28,428 nt of DNA, taken from a virus (taxonomy: Duplodnaviria > Caudoviricetes). A program made the translations under genes and the position numbers. The stretch is from the IMG/VR virus record IMGVR_UViG_3300037479_000623, positions 1 to 28,428 of that record; one strand, given 5' to 3'. Each line of letters opens with the position of its first letter. Position 1 is the first letter of the stretch. This document shows, in pieces, positions 7,313 through 16,382 of this stretch. The notes under the pieces were generated by a model. It did not search any database. It saw only the letters and a list, made by a program, of their open reading frames with translations, and was not told the DNA's origin.

Positions 7313-8796
7313 CTGGCACCTGCCGCACTCGCCTCGATCTCGTCGATGCCCTGGATGTGGCGCCAGTCGGCGCCGGCGGCGACCTCGATGCGGGCGCGGA
7401 AGTAGCGACCGTTGGCGCGCACCGGACAATGTCCGAAGCCGTTGAGGGCCCGCGGCGGATCGAAGGAGACCGGATCGACCGTGCGGTTGCGCGTGCCCGT
7501 GCGGACGCTGACCGCGCCCGGCGCGGCCCCGCCGTCGACGAGAGGCCGCAGGCTGCGCAGAAGCGCGCGCCGGCCAGGGACGAGCTGCGCCTCGCCGGTG
7601 TCGACCGTCGCCTGCATGTTGGCGCCATTGAAAAAGGCGATGCGGTTCGCCGCAGTGAAGCCGGCGAGCAACAGGCGGCCCGAGCCGGTCCAGATCCGGT
7701 TGTCGAGCGAGAACGGCAGCTCGTCGAGGTTAGTCGAATAGCTGTCCAGGCCGTCGAGCGTGTAGCCGGCCTGCGAGGCCGCCTGGTGGACCATCTCCAT
7801 GGTCACCTCGGCGCGGCTCCAGCGGTCGGCCGTCCAGTTGTAGATCAGCAGGCGGTTCGGCGTGCCGCCGGTGAGGTCCGAGCCGGTGCCGGGATAGGAG
7901 ACGACGTAGAGCTTGTTGATCGGATCGATCGTCGCCGTGATCCGATGGAGGTAGGTCTGGTTGACGTCGTTCCAGAAGAACCGGTCGACGCGGTGGTGGC
8001 CGATGGCGCGCAGGCCCTGCGCACCCGGAAGCGCGAAGAAGCCGTCATCGGACAGAAAGAACGTGATGTCCTCGTGCCGCGCGATGGAGCCTTCGGCCGG
8101 CGTGCCGGTGCCGCGCGCGATCTCGTCGAACTGGAAGATCGCGGGCACGCCGACATAGGTCATGCGCTTGATCGAGCGCTCCTGGAAGACGAGGCCGTAC
8201 TCGCCGCCGACGATACCCATGACATAGCCGCCGTCGGGCAGATCCTGGAAATCGGCCTGGGTGGCCTGCGACGACGCCCAGGTCTCCGCGTTGTTGATGC
8301 CGGACCAGTGGACGCGCTGGGCCATCCCGCTCAACCGGCCCATGACGACGAAGTCGCGCACCGTCGCGACGAAGCGCGCGACGGGCGGCGTCCCGCCTAG
8401 GGCGGCGAAGCTGGTGGAGCTGCCGATCGCGAACTTCTGCGCCGCGTCGACGCCGTTGACGGCGATCACGAAGTCGCCGAACTGGGCGAACGACCAGCCG
8501 CCGTCGGCCGGCACGGCATAGGGACCGCCGGCGGTGCGGCTGACATCCGTCCAGCTGACGCCGGCATTGTCCCATTTGTAGAGCTTGGTCGCGTCGCCGG
8601 CGAAGTTGGCGATGGTGCCGCCCTGGCCGCGCGCCAGGATGGCGCCTTGCACGCGCGCAGCCATGGCGTTGCCGGTCGCGACCAGCGTCGGCAGCGGCCG
8701 ATAGCCGGCCGCGTCCGGAACAACGTTCCGCGCCTCGAGGGCGCCGGGATTCTCGAAATCCGGCAGATCGGGCTGCCAGGCCCCGATTGGGATCAT
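7309..8796 (-). CDS. Tail hub / DNA stabilisation protein (P22 gp10 or tail tubular B-like)
   Basis: 495 aa, beta-rich, GAWQPD start, VHWSGINN..TW, position downstream of adaptor. Confidence 0.75.
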   Translation of the reverse strand: MIPIGAWQPDLPDFENPGALEARNVVPDAAGYRPLPTLVATGNAMAARVQGAILARGQGGTIANFAGDATKLYKWDNAGVSWTDVSRTAGGPYAVPADGGWSFAQFGDFVIAVNGVDAAQKFAIGSSTSFAALGGTPPVARFVATVRDFVVMGRLSGMAQRVHWSGINNAETWASSQATQADFQDLPDGGYVMGIVGGEYGLVFQERSIKRMTYVGVPAIFQFDEIARGTGTPAEGSIARHEDITFFLSDDGFFALPGAQGLRAIGHHRVDRFFWNDVNQTYLHRITATIDPINKLYVVSYPGTGSDLTGGTPNRLLIYNWTADRWSRAEVTMEMVHQAASQAGYTLDGLDSYSTNLDELPFSLDNRIWTGSGRLLLAGFTAANRIAFFNGANMQATVDTGEAQLVPGRRALLRSLRPLVDGGAAPGAVSVRTGTRNRTVDPVSFDPPRALNGFGHCPVRANGRYFRARIEVAAGADWRHIQGIDEIEASAAGAR

Positions 8797-8868
8797 GGGT
8801 TCATGCTCGTCTGGTTGAGGTGAATGAGAGGGTCAGAGACCTGTGGGGCCGCGACCGCAACCGGTCCG

Positions 8869-9066
8869 TCAGTCGTCTTGCCAATCGGTCGGGGCGGGCG
8901 GCAGCGGCGTCCAACTTGCGCCTGCACCGTCGGTCGCCGTCCATTCGGTCGCAGCTGGAGGCGCGCCCGTCCACGTCCCCGCCGATGCGCCCGCCGGTAT
9001 CCAGTTCCCGGGCGCGGCCGGACTCGGGCGCCATCCGCTCAGTCGGTTCCAGAACAACAGCAACAT
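8869..9066 (-). CDS. Small virion-associated protein with Trp repeats
   Basis: Trp every ~10 aa (W-I/T motifs). Starts 1 nt after the upstream stop. Confidence 0.55.
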   Translation of the reverse strand: MLLLFWNRLSGWRPSPAAPGNWIPAGASAGTWTGAPPAATEWTATDGAGASWTPLPPAPTDWQDD

Positions 9067-9067
9067 G

Positions 9068-10399
9068 TCAGGTTCCGACGCCGAGCAGCATCAATCCGCG
9101 AGATGATGCGGCCGGCGCATCGTCCATCGCCTCTATAGCCCAAGCCACGAAGTAGCCGGCGCTCGCCGGCACAGCGTTGATGTCGGCCGCCGCTACGGTC
9201 CAGCCGTTGGCGGTGAACGCCGGCGCCCCGGCGATGTCGTAGACGGTCGATTGGCTGTCCTCGGCCGTGCGCAGCGTCGCGTTCCGGCTCCACGACGCCG
9301 AGTCCGATCCCGACGTGGTGCCGTCGAAGCCGGTGACCAGCGTGGCGAAGGCCTGGCTGCCGTCGAAGATGGCTGACGCCATGCTTTCGCAGTCCGGGCC
9401 GTCGACCACCGCGGTATCGAGCGAGGCCATGTTGGTGGCGAAGAAGCCGGCCAGCTGCGGCGTGAAGCCCGGCCCGGTCACGCTCCAGTCCGATCCCGTG
9501 CTCGCCGGCCCCTGTACCGCCGCCGTCCACGCCTTCCGGTCGCCAAGACCGAGCGCGAGATAGAAGTGCCAGTCGTTGCCGCCGCTGCCGCCGCGCGCCG
9601 TCGCCGTGAAGCCGCTGGCATCGAAGTCGCTGATCTCCATCGTGTAGGCGATGCCGGTCGTGGTCTGGTTGTTCTTGACCCCGGCCCGGTTGGAGACGAC
9701 CACGCTCTGCAGCTGTTCGGTCGAGACCGCGTTGCGGCAGCCCCAATCGCAGCCGGCCTGCGGGACGCCGGTATCGTCGATGGCGATGCCGCGCAGCAGC
9801 CGGTGCGCTGCCCCGTCGGTCGGCGGGTTGGTCGCCAGCCCGATGCCGCCGAAGCGGACGAACTTCGGCCGGAAGCCCGGCGCCGTGATGTCGACGGCGG
9901 TGTCCTGCGTCGAGAGCTGGAACTGATTGCAATGAGACTGTAGGTCGGCGCCGCCAAAGAACGTAACCTGGATCAGGTACGCCTGGCTCGGTGCCGACAC
10001 CCAGTTGACGCGCCAGCCGTTGGCAATCGGGCCGGGGTTGCCGGAGGAGCCGTTGCCGTCGCCGGTCGCCCGCCGCACGGTGCGGGCGCCCGCCGCCATC
10101 TCGACGATCAGGATGCAGCTGTCCGTGCGCTGCGCGCGGCCGCAGTCGGTGCTGGTGCTGGTGATCCCGTCTTCGTAGGTCGCGGCGTAGGCCCATTCGT
10201 TGAGGCCGCCGGCCCCGTCGCCGCCGATGGCGCCGTCGCCGTAGGCGGCGTCGGCGCGGTAGGTGGCGTTCGCCGTGGCCCCGATGATCTCGAAGACAGC
10301 GGCCTTCGGCGTCCAGCCGAGATCGGCGATCGTGATCTCCTGCAGGCCGTTCGAGGTGGCCGCCGCGACGCGGGTGATCGCGGTTTTGGTGTCGGACAT
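9068..10399 (-). CDS. Beta-rich Gly/Thr/Ala-rich virion appendage protein
   Basis: 443 aa, internal repeat ITIADLGWTPKA / ITAPGFRPKF / VTGPGFTPQL, C-terminal LMLLGVG. Confidence 0.6.
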   Translation of the reverse strand: MSDTKTAITRVAAATSNGLQEITIADLGWTPKAAVFEIIGATANATYRADAAYGDGAIGGDGAGGLNEWAYAATYEDGITSTSTDCGRAQRTDSCILIVEMAAGARTVRRATGDGNGSSGNPGPIANGWRVNWVSAPSQAYLIQVTFFGGADLQSHCNQFQLSTQDTAVDITAPGFRPKFVRFGGIGLATNPPTDGAAHRLLRGIAIDDTGVPQAGCDWGCRNAVSTEQLQSVVVSNRAGVKNNQTTTGIAYTMEISDFDASGFTATARGGSGGNDWHFYLALGLGDRKAWTAAVQGPASTGSDWSVTGPGFTPQLAGFFATNMASLDTAVVDGPDCESMASAIFDGSQAFATLVTGFDGTTSGSDSASWSRNATLRTAEDSQSTVYDIAGAPAFTANGWTVAAADINAVPASAGYFVAWAIEAMDDAPAASSRGLMLLGVGT

Positions 10400-10468
10400 T
10401 TCTTTCTGTTGATTTCTAGTCGCCAGCCATAGATACGGAAGGCCGTCGGCCGACGAGTGACGACTTTG

Positions 10469-11590
10469 TCAGTTCGCCGGCACTTCGAATCGCCAGTCGC
10501 GCCACCACGACTTCTGCGTCTTCGGCGGGAACTGGCTTGGATGGTCGTAGGGGCCGCCCCACATATCGACCAGGAACGGTCCGTCAATCTTCACGTCCGG
10601 CGAATTCCGGAACGAGACGCCGGTGCGCCGCGTTTCGTCCACCTTCACGCGGCCGTCGTAGAGCTCGAGGCTGTACCAGCCGTCCGTCTTTCCCGGCGTG
10701 TTGAGCTGCACAGTCAGCACCATCTTGATCCAGCGGCCGAGCGGTAGCTCGTTCTTGAGCTTCGGCCCGAAAATCTTGCCCTGGCTGAATCCGGGCGAAG
10801 TTAGGTTGAGCGTGATGGCGCTGAACCCGGCCGTCGCCGTCGCGGTCGGGCGGACCACGAGGACGTTGAGGTGCGACCGCTCGCCGGTCGGGAATGACGA
10901 CCCCGCCACCTCCCCGATCCACACGCCCAGCGGGAACTTGCCCGAGGCTTTGCCGAACTCGGACCCCTCCTCGAACCAGGCCTCGACCGAGACCCGGATG
11001 CGCTCCACACCGAAGCGGTCCTTATCCCCGCCCGGATACCAGCGGTATTGCACCAGGTCGTTCGGTTCGCCGGCGCGGGCGAGAATTTCGACCGCGGGCG
11101 TACCGTCCGGCGCGGTCCCCAGCTTCGCCCGCGCGACGGTGCCCGGACTCGGCTTGTTAGCGTTGGCGACGAACGTCGCCGGGGCCATTTCCCAGCGCAG
11201 TACCCAGTTGTCGTCCGGCGGCGACGGGTGCCGGTCCGCATCCTGCAAGGACGCGACGGGCAACCCGAAGTTGAGGATGAACGAGGGCGGCTCGCCTTCG
11301 ATCGTCACCCAGCCCGGCTCGCCCGGCGGCAGGGTCTCGACGGTGCCGATCGAGAGTCGTGGCGCGGGGCCGGCAGGTCCTTGCGGCCCCGGTGGGCCGG
11401 CCGGGCCGGCCGGCAGAGCGGTGGCGTCGATCGTTCCGGTGAATCGGATTGGATCGGCGAGCGCCGTGCCGGCACCGAGGAGACAGGCGCCGACAGCTGC
11501 GCAAGCGGCGAACGCCACGGGACGCCATTGATGCCGGAGACCCAACGAGGCTGTTGCGGCGAGAGGGTCGATCTTCGCGGTCGTGTCCAT
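10469..11590 (-). CDS. Collagen-linked polysaccharide lyase-like (PL14/beta-jelly-roll) protein
   Basis: Hydrophobic signal-like segment ending ALA-DP, short GXY run, SGKFPLG, GRW....TVQLNTPGKTDG, FR....KIDG..LVDMWGG. AAGGAG RBS. Confidence 0.65.
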   Translation of the reverse strand: MDTTAKIDPLAATASLGLRHQWRPVAFAACAAVGACLLGAGTALADPIRFTGTIDATALPAGPAGPPGPQGPAGPAPRLSIGTVETLPPGEPGWVTIEGEPPSFILNFGLPVASLQDADRHPSPPDDNWVLRWEMAPATFVANANKPSPGTVARAKLGTAPDGTPAVEILARAGEPNDLVQYRWYPGGDKDRFGVERIRVSVEAWFEEGSEFGKASGKFPLGVWIGEVAGSSFPTGERSHLNVLVVRPTATATAGFSAITLNLTSPGFSQGKIFGPKLKNELPLGRWIKMVLTVQLNTPGKTDGWYSLELYDGRVKVDETRRTGVSFRNSPDVKIDGPFLVDMWGGPYDHPSQFPPKTQKSWWRDWRFEVPAN

Positions 11591-11626
11591 GGTCTCTCCT
11601 TGCTTACGGACAAGTTGCGGCGGCGA

Positions 11627-12514
11627 TCAAGCGCTTTTGTAGCCGTTGGCGCTAAAGTAGACAGTCGATGAAGCGACCAGGCTCGCCATGTTCAGGGCGG
11701 TATTGGCGCTGAGGCGAAGCGGCGGATCGAAGGCGATGTTGCTCCCGCCATTGGCCGGCGCGATCGTGCGCCAGATCACGGTGCTGCCGTCCTTGATCTC
11801 GATGATCGGGTCGTTGGCCGAACTGTTGGCGATCGAGATCGAGGTGACGTGAATGCGCACGCCCGTTCCCTGCGCTGCGATGACGGAGGTGTCGGTTGTG
11901 CCTGTGGTTGAAGCGAGGCCCGACACCTGCTGCTCGGGAACGCAGTGGGAGCGGACGACAAGCTTGCCGGCGGCATCGGCTTGCAGGCGCGTGACGCTCC
12001 CCGAGCTGACGGCTGCCTGATCGCTCGTCCGGGCCTCGGCACCGATGACGACCGGACGCGGCCCGACGGCGGCGCCGTGGTCGTCGGGCCCTTGGGCGAG
12101 CACCCGCTGGCGCCCGCTGCCGTCGACCGCGATGGCGCCGTAGTCGCCGTCGGCGCTGGTCATCACGGCGCCGCTGTCGTTCCGCACGCCGAGGACGAAC
12201 ACCCCGGTGTCGCCGGAGGCGTGCGCTGCATCCTCGGCCTTGCCGAGATGTGCCGCCGCCGTCCCCGGCACGATGCTTGTCGAGACGGCGGACACGGCGA
12301 CTGTGCCGGTCACCGGCACCGGCGACTGGTTGGAGGCAATGGCGACAGGTACGCTGTTCGCCATCGTCTGCTGGCCGGCATCGAGCAGGGTGTCGAGCTC
12401 GTCCTCGGCGCCGAGAGCGATCTTGATCTTCTGGTAGTGCGCGCCGGCGATTTCGTCGGTGGCGACGGCGGGGTCGCCGCCGCTGCCGGCCGCTGTCTGG
12501 ATGTTGTCGGACAT
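11627..12514 (-). CDS. Virion structural/appendage protein (295 aa)
   Basis: Start MSDNIQ overlaps the adaptor stop (TAATG). ATDEIAGAHYQKIK, GQQTMANSVPVAIASNQS and KAEDAAHASGDTGV motifs recognisable from phage fibre/decoration proteins. Confidence 0.65.
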   Translation of the reverse strand: MSDNIQTAAGSGGDPAVATDEIAGAHYQKIKIALGAEDELDTLLDAGQQTMANSVPVAIASNQSPVPVTGTVAVSAVSTSIVPGTAAAHLGKAEDAAHASGDTGVFVLGVRNDSGAVMTSADGDYGAIAVDGSGRQRVLAQGPDDHGAAVGPRPVVIGAEARTSDQAAVSSGSVTRLQADAAGKLVVRSHCVPEQQVSGLASTTGTTDTSVIAAQGTGVRIHVTSISIANSSANDPIIEIKDGSTVIWRTIAPANGGSNIAFDPPLRLSANTALNMASLVASSTVYFSANGYKSA

Positions 12515-13143
12515 TATGGGTTGCTCCCCGCGTGGCGGACGACAGGCGTCGAACCGGACCATGTGCCGGCGTCGTCGGCGTCCTGCAGGCGTCGGATGGC
12601 GGCTTGGTAGCGGCCTTCCCACTGGGCCAGGTGTTGATCGTCCCCGAGATAGGCCGCGGCCTCGACCAGCGATCCGAAGAGGTAGACATCCGGCGCATTG
12701 GCCAGCAGCCAGTTCGTGCTGACGGTCGGCGACAGCGCGTCGAACTTCTTCCAGTAGGCCATCTCCGCCGTGTACGCGCCATCGGGCGCCGGCGCGAACT
12801 GGATCTCGTCGTTGACGATGGCGTAGAGCCGCGGCCGCCCGCTGCGCGATCCGGCGGCAACGCGGTCGATCAGTTCCGGCGCCACCAGGTCGAGGGCGGT
12901 CACCGGATCGGTATTGAGCTGAAGGTTCCGCATGGCAAGGAAGCCGGCCGGAAGCGCGATATAGGGGCCGTCGGCCGTCGCGGTCGCCCGCTCCTCCATG
13001 GCGCGAATCCGCAGCTCGCGGTTGATCCGCAGCTCACAGAGCGCGATCCAGTCCGGGACGATCGGCGCGATGATCGCGTCGCCGGGGCGGCCAAGCCAGT
13101 TGCCGATCGCGTTCTGCAGCTCGGCATAGGTCGATATCGCCAT
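12514..13143 (-). CDS. Head-tail adaptor protein
   Basis: MAISTYAELQ.AI..WL.R, I.L.E.RINR.LR...ME, TNWLL..APD.YL.GSL.EA..YL. Confidence 0.85.
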   Translation of the reverse strand: MAISTYAELQNAIGNWLGRPGDAIIAPIVPDWIALCELRINRELRIRAMEERATATADGPYIALPAGFLAMRNLQLNTDPVTALDLVAPELIDRVAAGSRSGRPRLYAIVNDEIQFAPAPDGAYTAEMAYWKKFDALSPTVSTNWLLANAPDVYLFGSLVEAAAYLGDDQHLAQWEGRYQAAIRRLQDADDAGTWSGSTPVVRHAGSNP

Positions 13144-13291
13144 CTATGCCGCCCCCCTGCCAAAGAGGGCGAGGCTGCCGCCCATCCCGCGGGCATGCGG
13201 AAGGGGAGGCATCACGATACGTGCTGCCATGGGCATCTCCTGTTGAGGTCAGCGAAAGGTCGTGGGGACTGTGTGCCCCCAGCGGATGAGT

Positions 13292-13621
13292 TCAGAGCGT
13301 GCCCGGCGCCGTGCGCAGGTATCGCCACTCCGGGTCGTTGAGCAGCCGCTTCACGGCCGGCCAGTGGTCGCGGTTGAACACGTCGATGCCGTACTCGCTG
13401 CGCCACTTGAGAATGATGATGTCCGGAATGGTGGCGGCGCGCCGCAGATCGCGCGACGCCGACCAGCCCTGGTCATCGTCATTCTGCAGCCTCCTGTTGC
13501 GCTCGAGGATCGGCACAACGTCCTGCCTCGTCTCGATAATCGTGCGATCGGTGAGCGGATCGTAGTGATGATACTCAACGATCCCCGTCAGGGGATCGAC
13601 ATCGAGCAGGCGGCGGCTCAT
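13292..13621 (-). CDS. Conserved phage protein upstream of adaptor (109 aa)
   Basis: GAGGTG RBS. QDV.PILE.N, A.IP, LLNDPEWRYLRT.PG.L. Confidence 0.75.
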   Translation of the reverse strand: MSRRLLDVDPLTGIVEYHHYDPLTDRTIIETRQDVVPILERNRRLQNDDDQGWSASRDLRRAATIPDIIILKWRSEYGIDVFNRDHWPAVKRLLNDPEWRYLRTAPGTL

Positions 13622-13714
13622 GGCACCTCGGTGGAAAAAGACGAGCGCGCGGCCGCCGGAGGTGGCCACGATCGTCAGGCGATGTCAGCTTTTCGGGAAC
13701 AGGATGCCGCCGGA

Positions 13715-13773
13715 CACACCACGGCATCACATAATAAATAGATTATAAGATCATGATCTTATTTCTGTCAAGA
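13715..13773 (-). promoter_or_regulatory. Late promoter of neck/tail module
   Basis: TTGACA (13771-13766), 18-nt spacer, TATAAT (13747-13742), then ATTATGTGATG. Paralogous to 27735..27793. Confidence 0.8.
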
Positions 13774-13880
13774 GATTTTTTCGATTTTTCCCGATCCCGG
13801 ACACTTTTCCGACTCGGCGGCACCTGTTCCAGAGGCTGAGACAGTTCGGGCGCGACTTCGCGTTGCCACTCCGCCTCGTA

Positions 13881-15326
13881 TCAGTTGTCCCGGCCTCGTT
13901 TGCGCATCCTTCTCCGAACCGCACGGCCGAGTCTCTCGGCGCCGGAATCGAACCGTCCTTCGTCGCCGAGCTGCAAACGTGCGCGCCTCAGGATCTCATT
14001 CTCGCGTCTTTGCGCAATGCGAGCACCCTCACTCATCAGGTACTCATCTGCAAACCATTGATCAGCCGGCTGGTCCGCTTGTTCTCTCTTCACTTCGACG
14101 TCCTCTCGTCTTTTCCACCACTTCTTGCGACCGTAGTCGTAGATTCGGGAGCTTCGCATCAGCGGACTGGGCGGAAGCTTGTATTTCTTGCCTGGCGTCG
14201 TCTCGTAGCCGAGAAGTTCATCGCTGCGGCGCGCCACATTCTCCAGCAGGATACCAGGGTTTCGATTGATCTGAACGCGCTCCTGCCGCCGCCGATAGGG
14301 CGCGAGTGCTCGTATGATTTCCAAGCTTGCATCAGCGTGGCGTGCAGCATCCGCGAACTCGTTATAGGACATCCGAAGCGGCGCCAGGTTCGGCTGCTTC
14401 GCACGCGGCACCCCGCTTGCACCAAGGAGCGCATAGGCGATGAGGTCTTCGGGTTCGCCACCGTGCCCGAATGTCGATGCGGCTCCCAGGCTGCCCATCG
14501 CCGCTGCTCGGGCGCCCCAACTCAAGGGTTCAAGTGCCTTGGCGCCCAGGCCTAGGAGTCCGGCTTTTGCCGCCGCCCCCGCCGCAGCCTCCAACCCTTG
14601 ATCCGACTCCCGAATGGCATCGACTGATGCCATTCCCATGATGGGTCCAAGCCAACGTGTTGCCGTCAGATACTGGGCCACCTCCGCCGGTGCCTGGCCA
14701 ATCCCAGCGTAGATCTTGCTTGGGACCGATCGGGGCAGTTCTTCCGGCTTGGGAGCGACACGCGCGGCCGCATGATGCAGCCAGTTCTCGGCATCCTTCC
14801 ACATCGTGCCTTCGCTCATATGGCCGACACCGGTGAAATCTGTCATGAAGTCGTTGGCGCGATTGATGAGACCGACCGCGTTGCCGAGTGTGTCGTAGAA
14901 CCCTGACGCACCAATTCGATAACCAGTCCACAGGTCCTTGCCGGCCTGCGCAAATGCATCGACGGTACGTGTGCCGAGATCAGAGAGCTCATCCTCGAGC
15001 GAAATGCCGTGTTCCGGTCGCGCCCCCCGACTCAGTCGGCCGCGCGGATTGCGTATGATTTGATCCGCTCCTTTTCGGCCGTGGCCGCTTCTTGTCGGAT
15101 CAGTGACGGTTCCGGCGAGAGCATCAAGCAGACCGACCTGCCCGGCTCGGACACGAAGCGGCAGGCTTCTGGTGTGACTTCGTACAGTTGCTGGGTCAGC
15201 CGCTTGGTACGCGTCCGCGATCGCCAGGAGCTGCGGCTCGCTAAGCGCGTCGAGGAGGCCGGGGACGAAGTGCGGCGCAACGTAGCGCCGTTGCGGCGCA
15301 AGGCCGCTGTTTCTCATATAGAACAT
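13881..15326 (-). CDS. Hypothetical 481-aa protein, possible internal virion/effector
   Basis: AAGGA RBS, two GLLDAL motifs near the N-terminus, Gly/Ala hydrophobic middle, highly charged basic C-terminus. Confidence 0.65.
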   Translation of the reverse strand: MFYMRNSGLAPQRRYVAPHFVPGLLDALSEPQLLAIADAYQAADPATVRSHTRSLPLRVRAGQVGLLDALAGTVTDPTRSGHGRKGADQIIRNPRGRLSRGARPEHGISLEDELSDLGTRTVDAFAQAGKDLWTGYRIGASGFYDTLGNAVGLINRANDFMTDFTGVGHMSEGTMWKDAENWLHHAAARVAPKPEELPRSVPSKIYAGIGQAPAEVAQYLTATRWLGPIMGMASVDAIRESDQGLEAAAGAAAKAGLLGLGAKALEPLSWGARAAAMGSLGAASTFGHGGEPEDLIAYALLGASGVPRAKQPNLAPLRMSYNEFADAARHADASLEIIRALAPYRRRQERVQINRNPGILLENVARRSDELLGYETTPGKKYKLPPSPLMRSSRIYDYGRKKWWKRREDVEVKREQADQPADQWFADEYLMSEGARIAQRRENEILRRARLQLGDEGRFDSGAERLGRAVRRRMRKRGRDN

Positions 15327-15352
15327 GTTTGGATCCTTGGTGGGGCTAGGCT

Positions 15353-15384
15353 GGAAACGAGACGGGCGGCCCGAGGGCCGCCCG
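15353..15384 (-). terminator. Probable intrinsic terminator
   Basis: Inverted repeat CGGGCGGCCC/GGGCCGCCCG at 15363..15384, followed on the minus strand by TCTCGTTTCC. Confidence 0.55.
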
Positions 15385-15555
15385 CAGATGTGAGGACGAT
15401 TCGTCAGTTGCTCAGGATGTCGTTACCTCGAGCGCAACATCGAAATGCCATGGCCCAGAGACAATAGTGTGTGGCCAAGCGAGGTTGCGATTCCTGCCCT
15501 TTCAGCGCCATTCTTGGGCTGTAGAGCAGGGGACGGCGCGGAAACCGGAGTTCAT

Positions 15556-16362
15556 ATGAGGGGCATTCGAAACAACATTGTTGGTTTCCTGTGGTTACTG
15601 GGCGCGGCCGGCCTGGCCAATGGTGCTCTGAGCCAATCGACCATCGACGGGGATTCGCTTGAGTTGTCGCCGGTCCGAGACCTGATCGCGGACTTTGTCC
15701 GGACCTACCCTGATGCCACCCTCGAGGACGCCGCCGCTTTCGCCAACGCCCGCGCCGCCGAGTATGGCGTCAACTATGAATTCTTCATGCTTGAAGAACC
15801 GCCGGCACGGACGGTGGTGTTGCGTTCGGGCACACGGCGCCTTCTGGCGGTGACGCCCGCGGACGTCGATCTGGGCGCCTGCGGCGAGTTCTGGGCGACG
15901 CTCCCGGCCGTCCGCTCCGGCGATGATAGGATCGAAATCATGCATCAAGGGGAACGGATATCGGTAGCGCGACCCGCCGACCTCCTCATCGAGTCGATGA
16001 CGATTTTTTCGGCCGATGGCCAGACGGTGGTCGAGCGAATCGACCTGCCCTGGTGGAGCTGGCCGCTTCGCGTACTGCCCGACGGCCACGGCATCATCCT
16101 CGCCTTCCCCCTGGGCGAGGAGGCCGGCGCTTGGTGGCAGCGCGTCAGGGCAGCTCACACACAGATCTGGGAGCCCTACCCGCACCTGCGCGCGCAAATC
16201 AGCGCAGACGGCGTGCGTTTCCTGGGCGATCCCTCCGCCTACGTCAACGAGTCGATCGAAAGAATCGACGACTTTCGCGGCCGGTTGGAGGATTCCTACT
16301 TGCATCGTGATCGGTTTCTGAATTCCGGTTTCGTCGTCGAGTATCACACACCCTGCACCTAA
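15556..16362 (+). CDS. Exported hypothetical protein, candidate immunity to the M23 peptidase
   Basis: GGAG RBS, ATG at 15556, Sec-like signal MRGIRNNIVGFLWLLGAAGLANGALS. Convergent with the M23 gene (20-nt gap). Confidence 0.65.
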   Translation: MRGIRNNIVGFLWLLGAAGLANGALSQSTIDGDSLELSPVRDLIADFVRTYPDATLEDAAAFANARAAEYGVNYEFFMLEEPPARTVVLRSGTRRLLAVTPADVDLGACGEFWATLPAVRSGDDRIEIMHQGERISVARPADLLIESMTIFSADGQTVVERIDLPWWSWPLRVLPDGHGIILAFPLGEEAGAWWQRVRAAHTQIWEPYPHLRAQISADGVRFLGDPSAYVNESIERIDDFRGRLEDSYLHRDRFLNSGFVVEYHTPCT

Positions 16363-16382
16363 GGTCGCCCTGCGTCGGTTGC

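Noticed and set aside
5661-7628. 655-aa ORF in the track
   Set aside because: The first ~350 aa are off-frame overlap with three real genes. The real start is ATG 6575 with an AAGGAG RBS.
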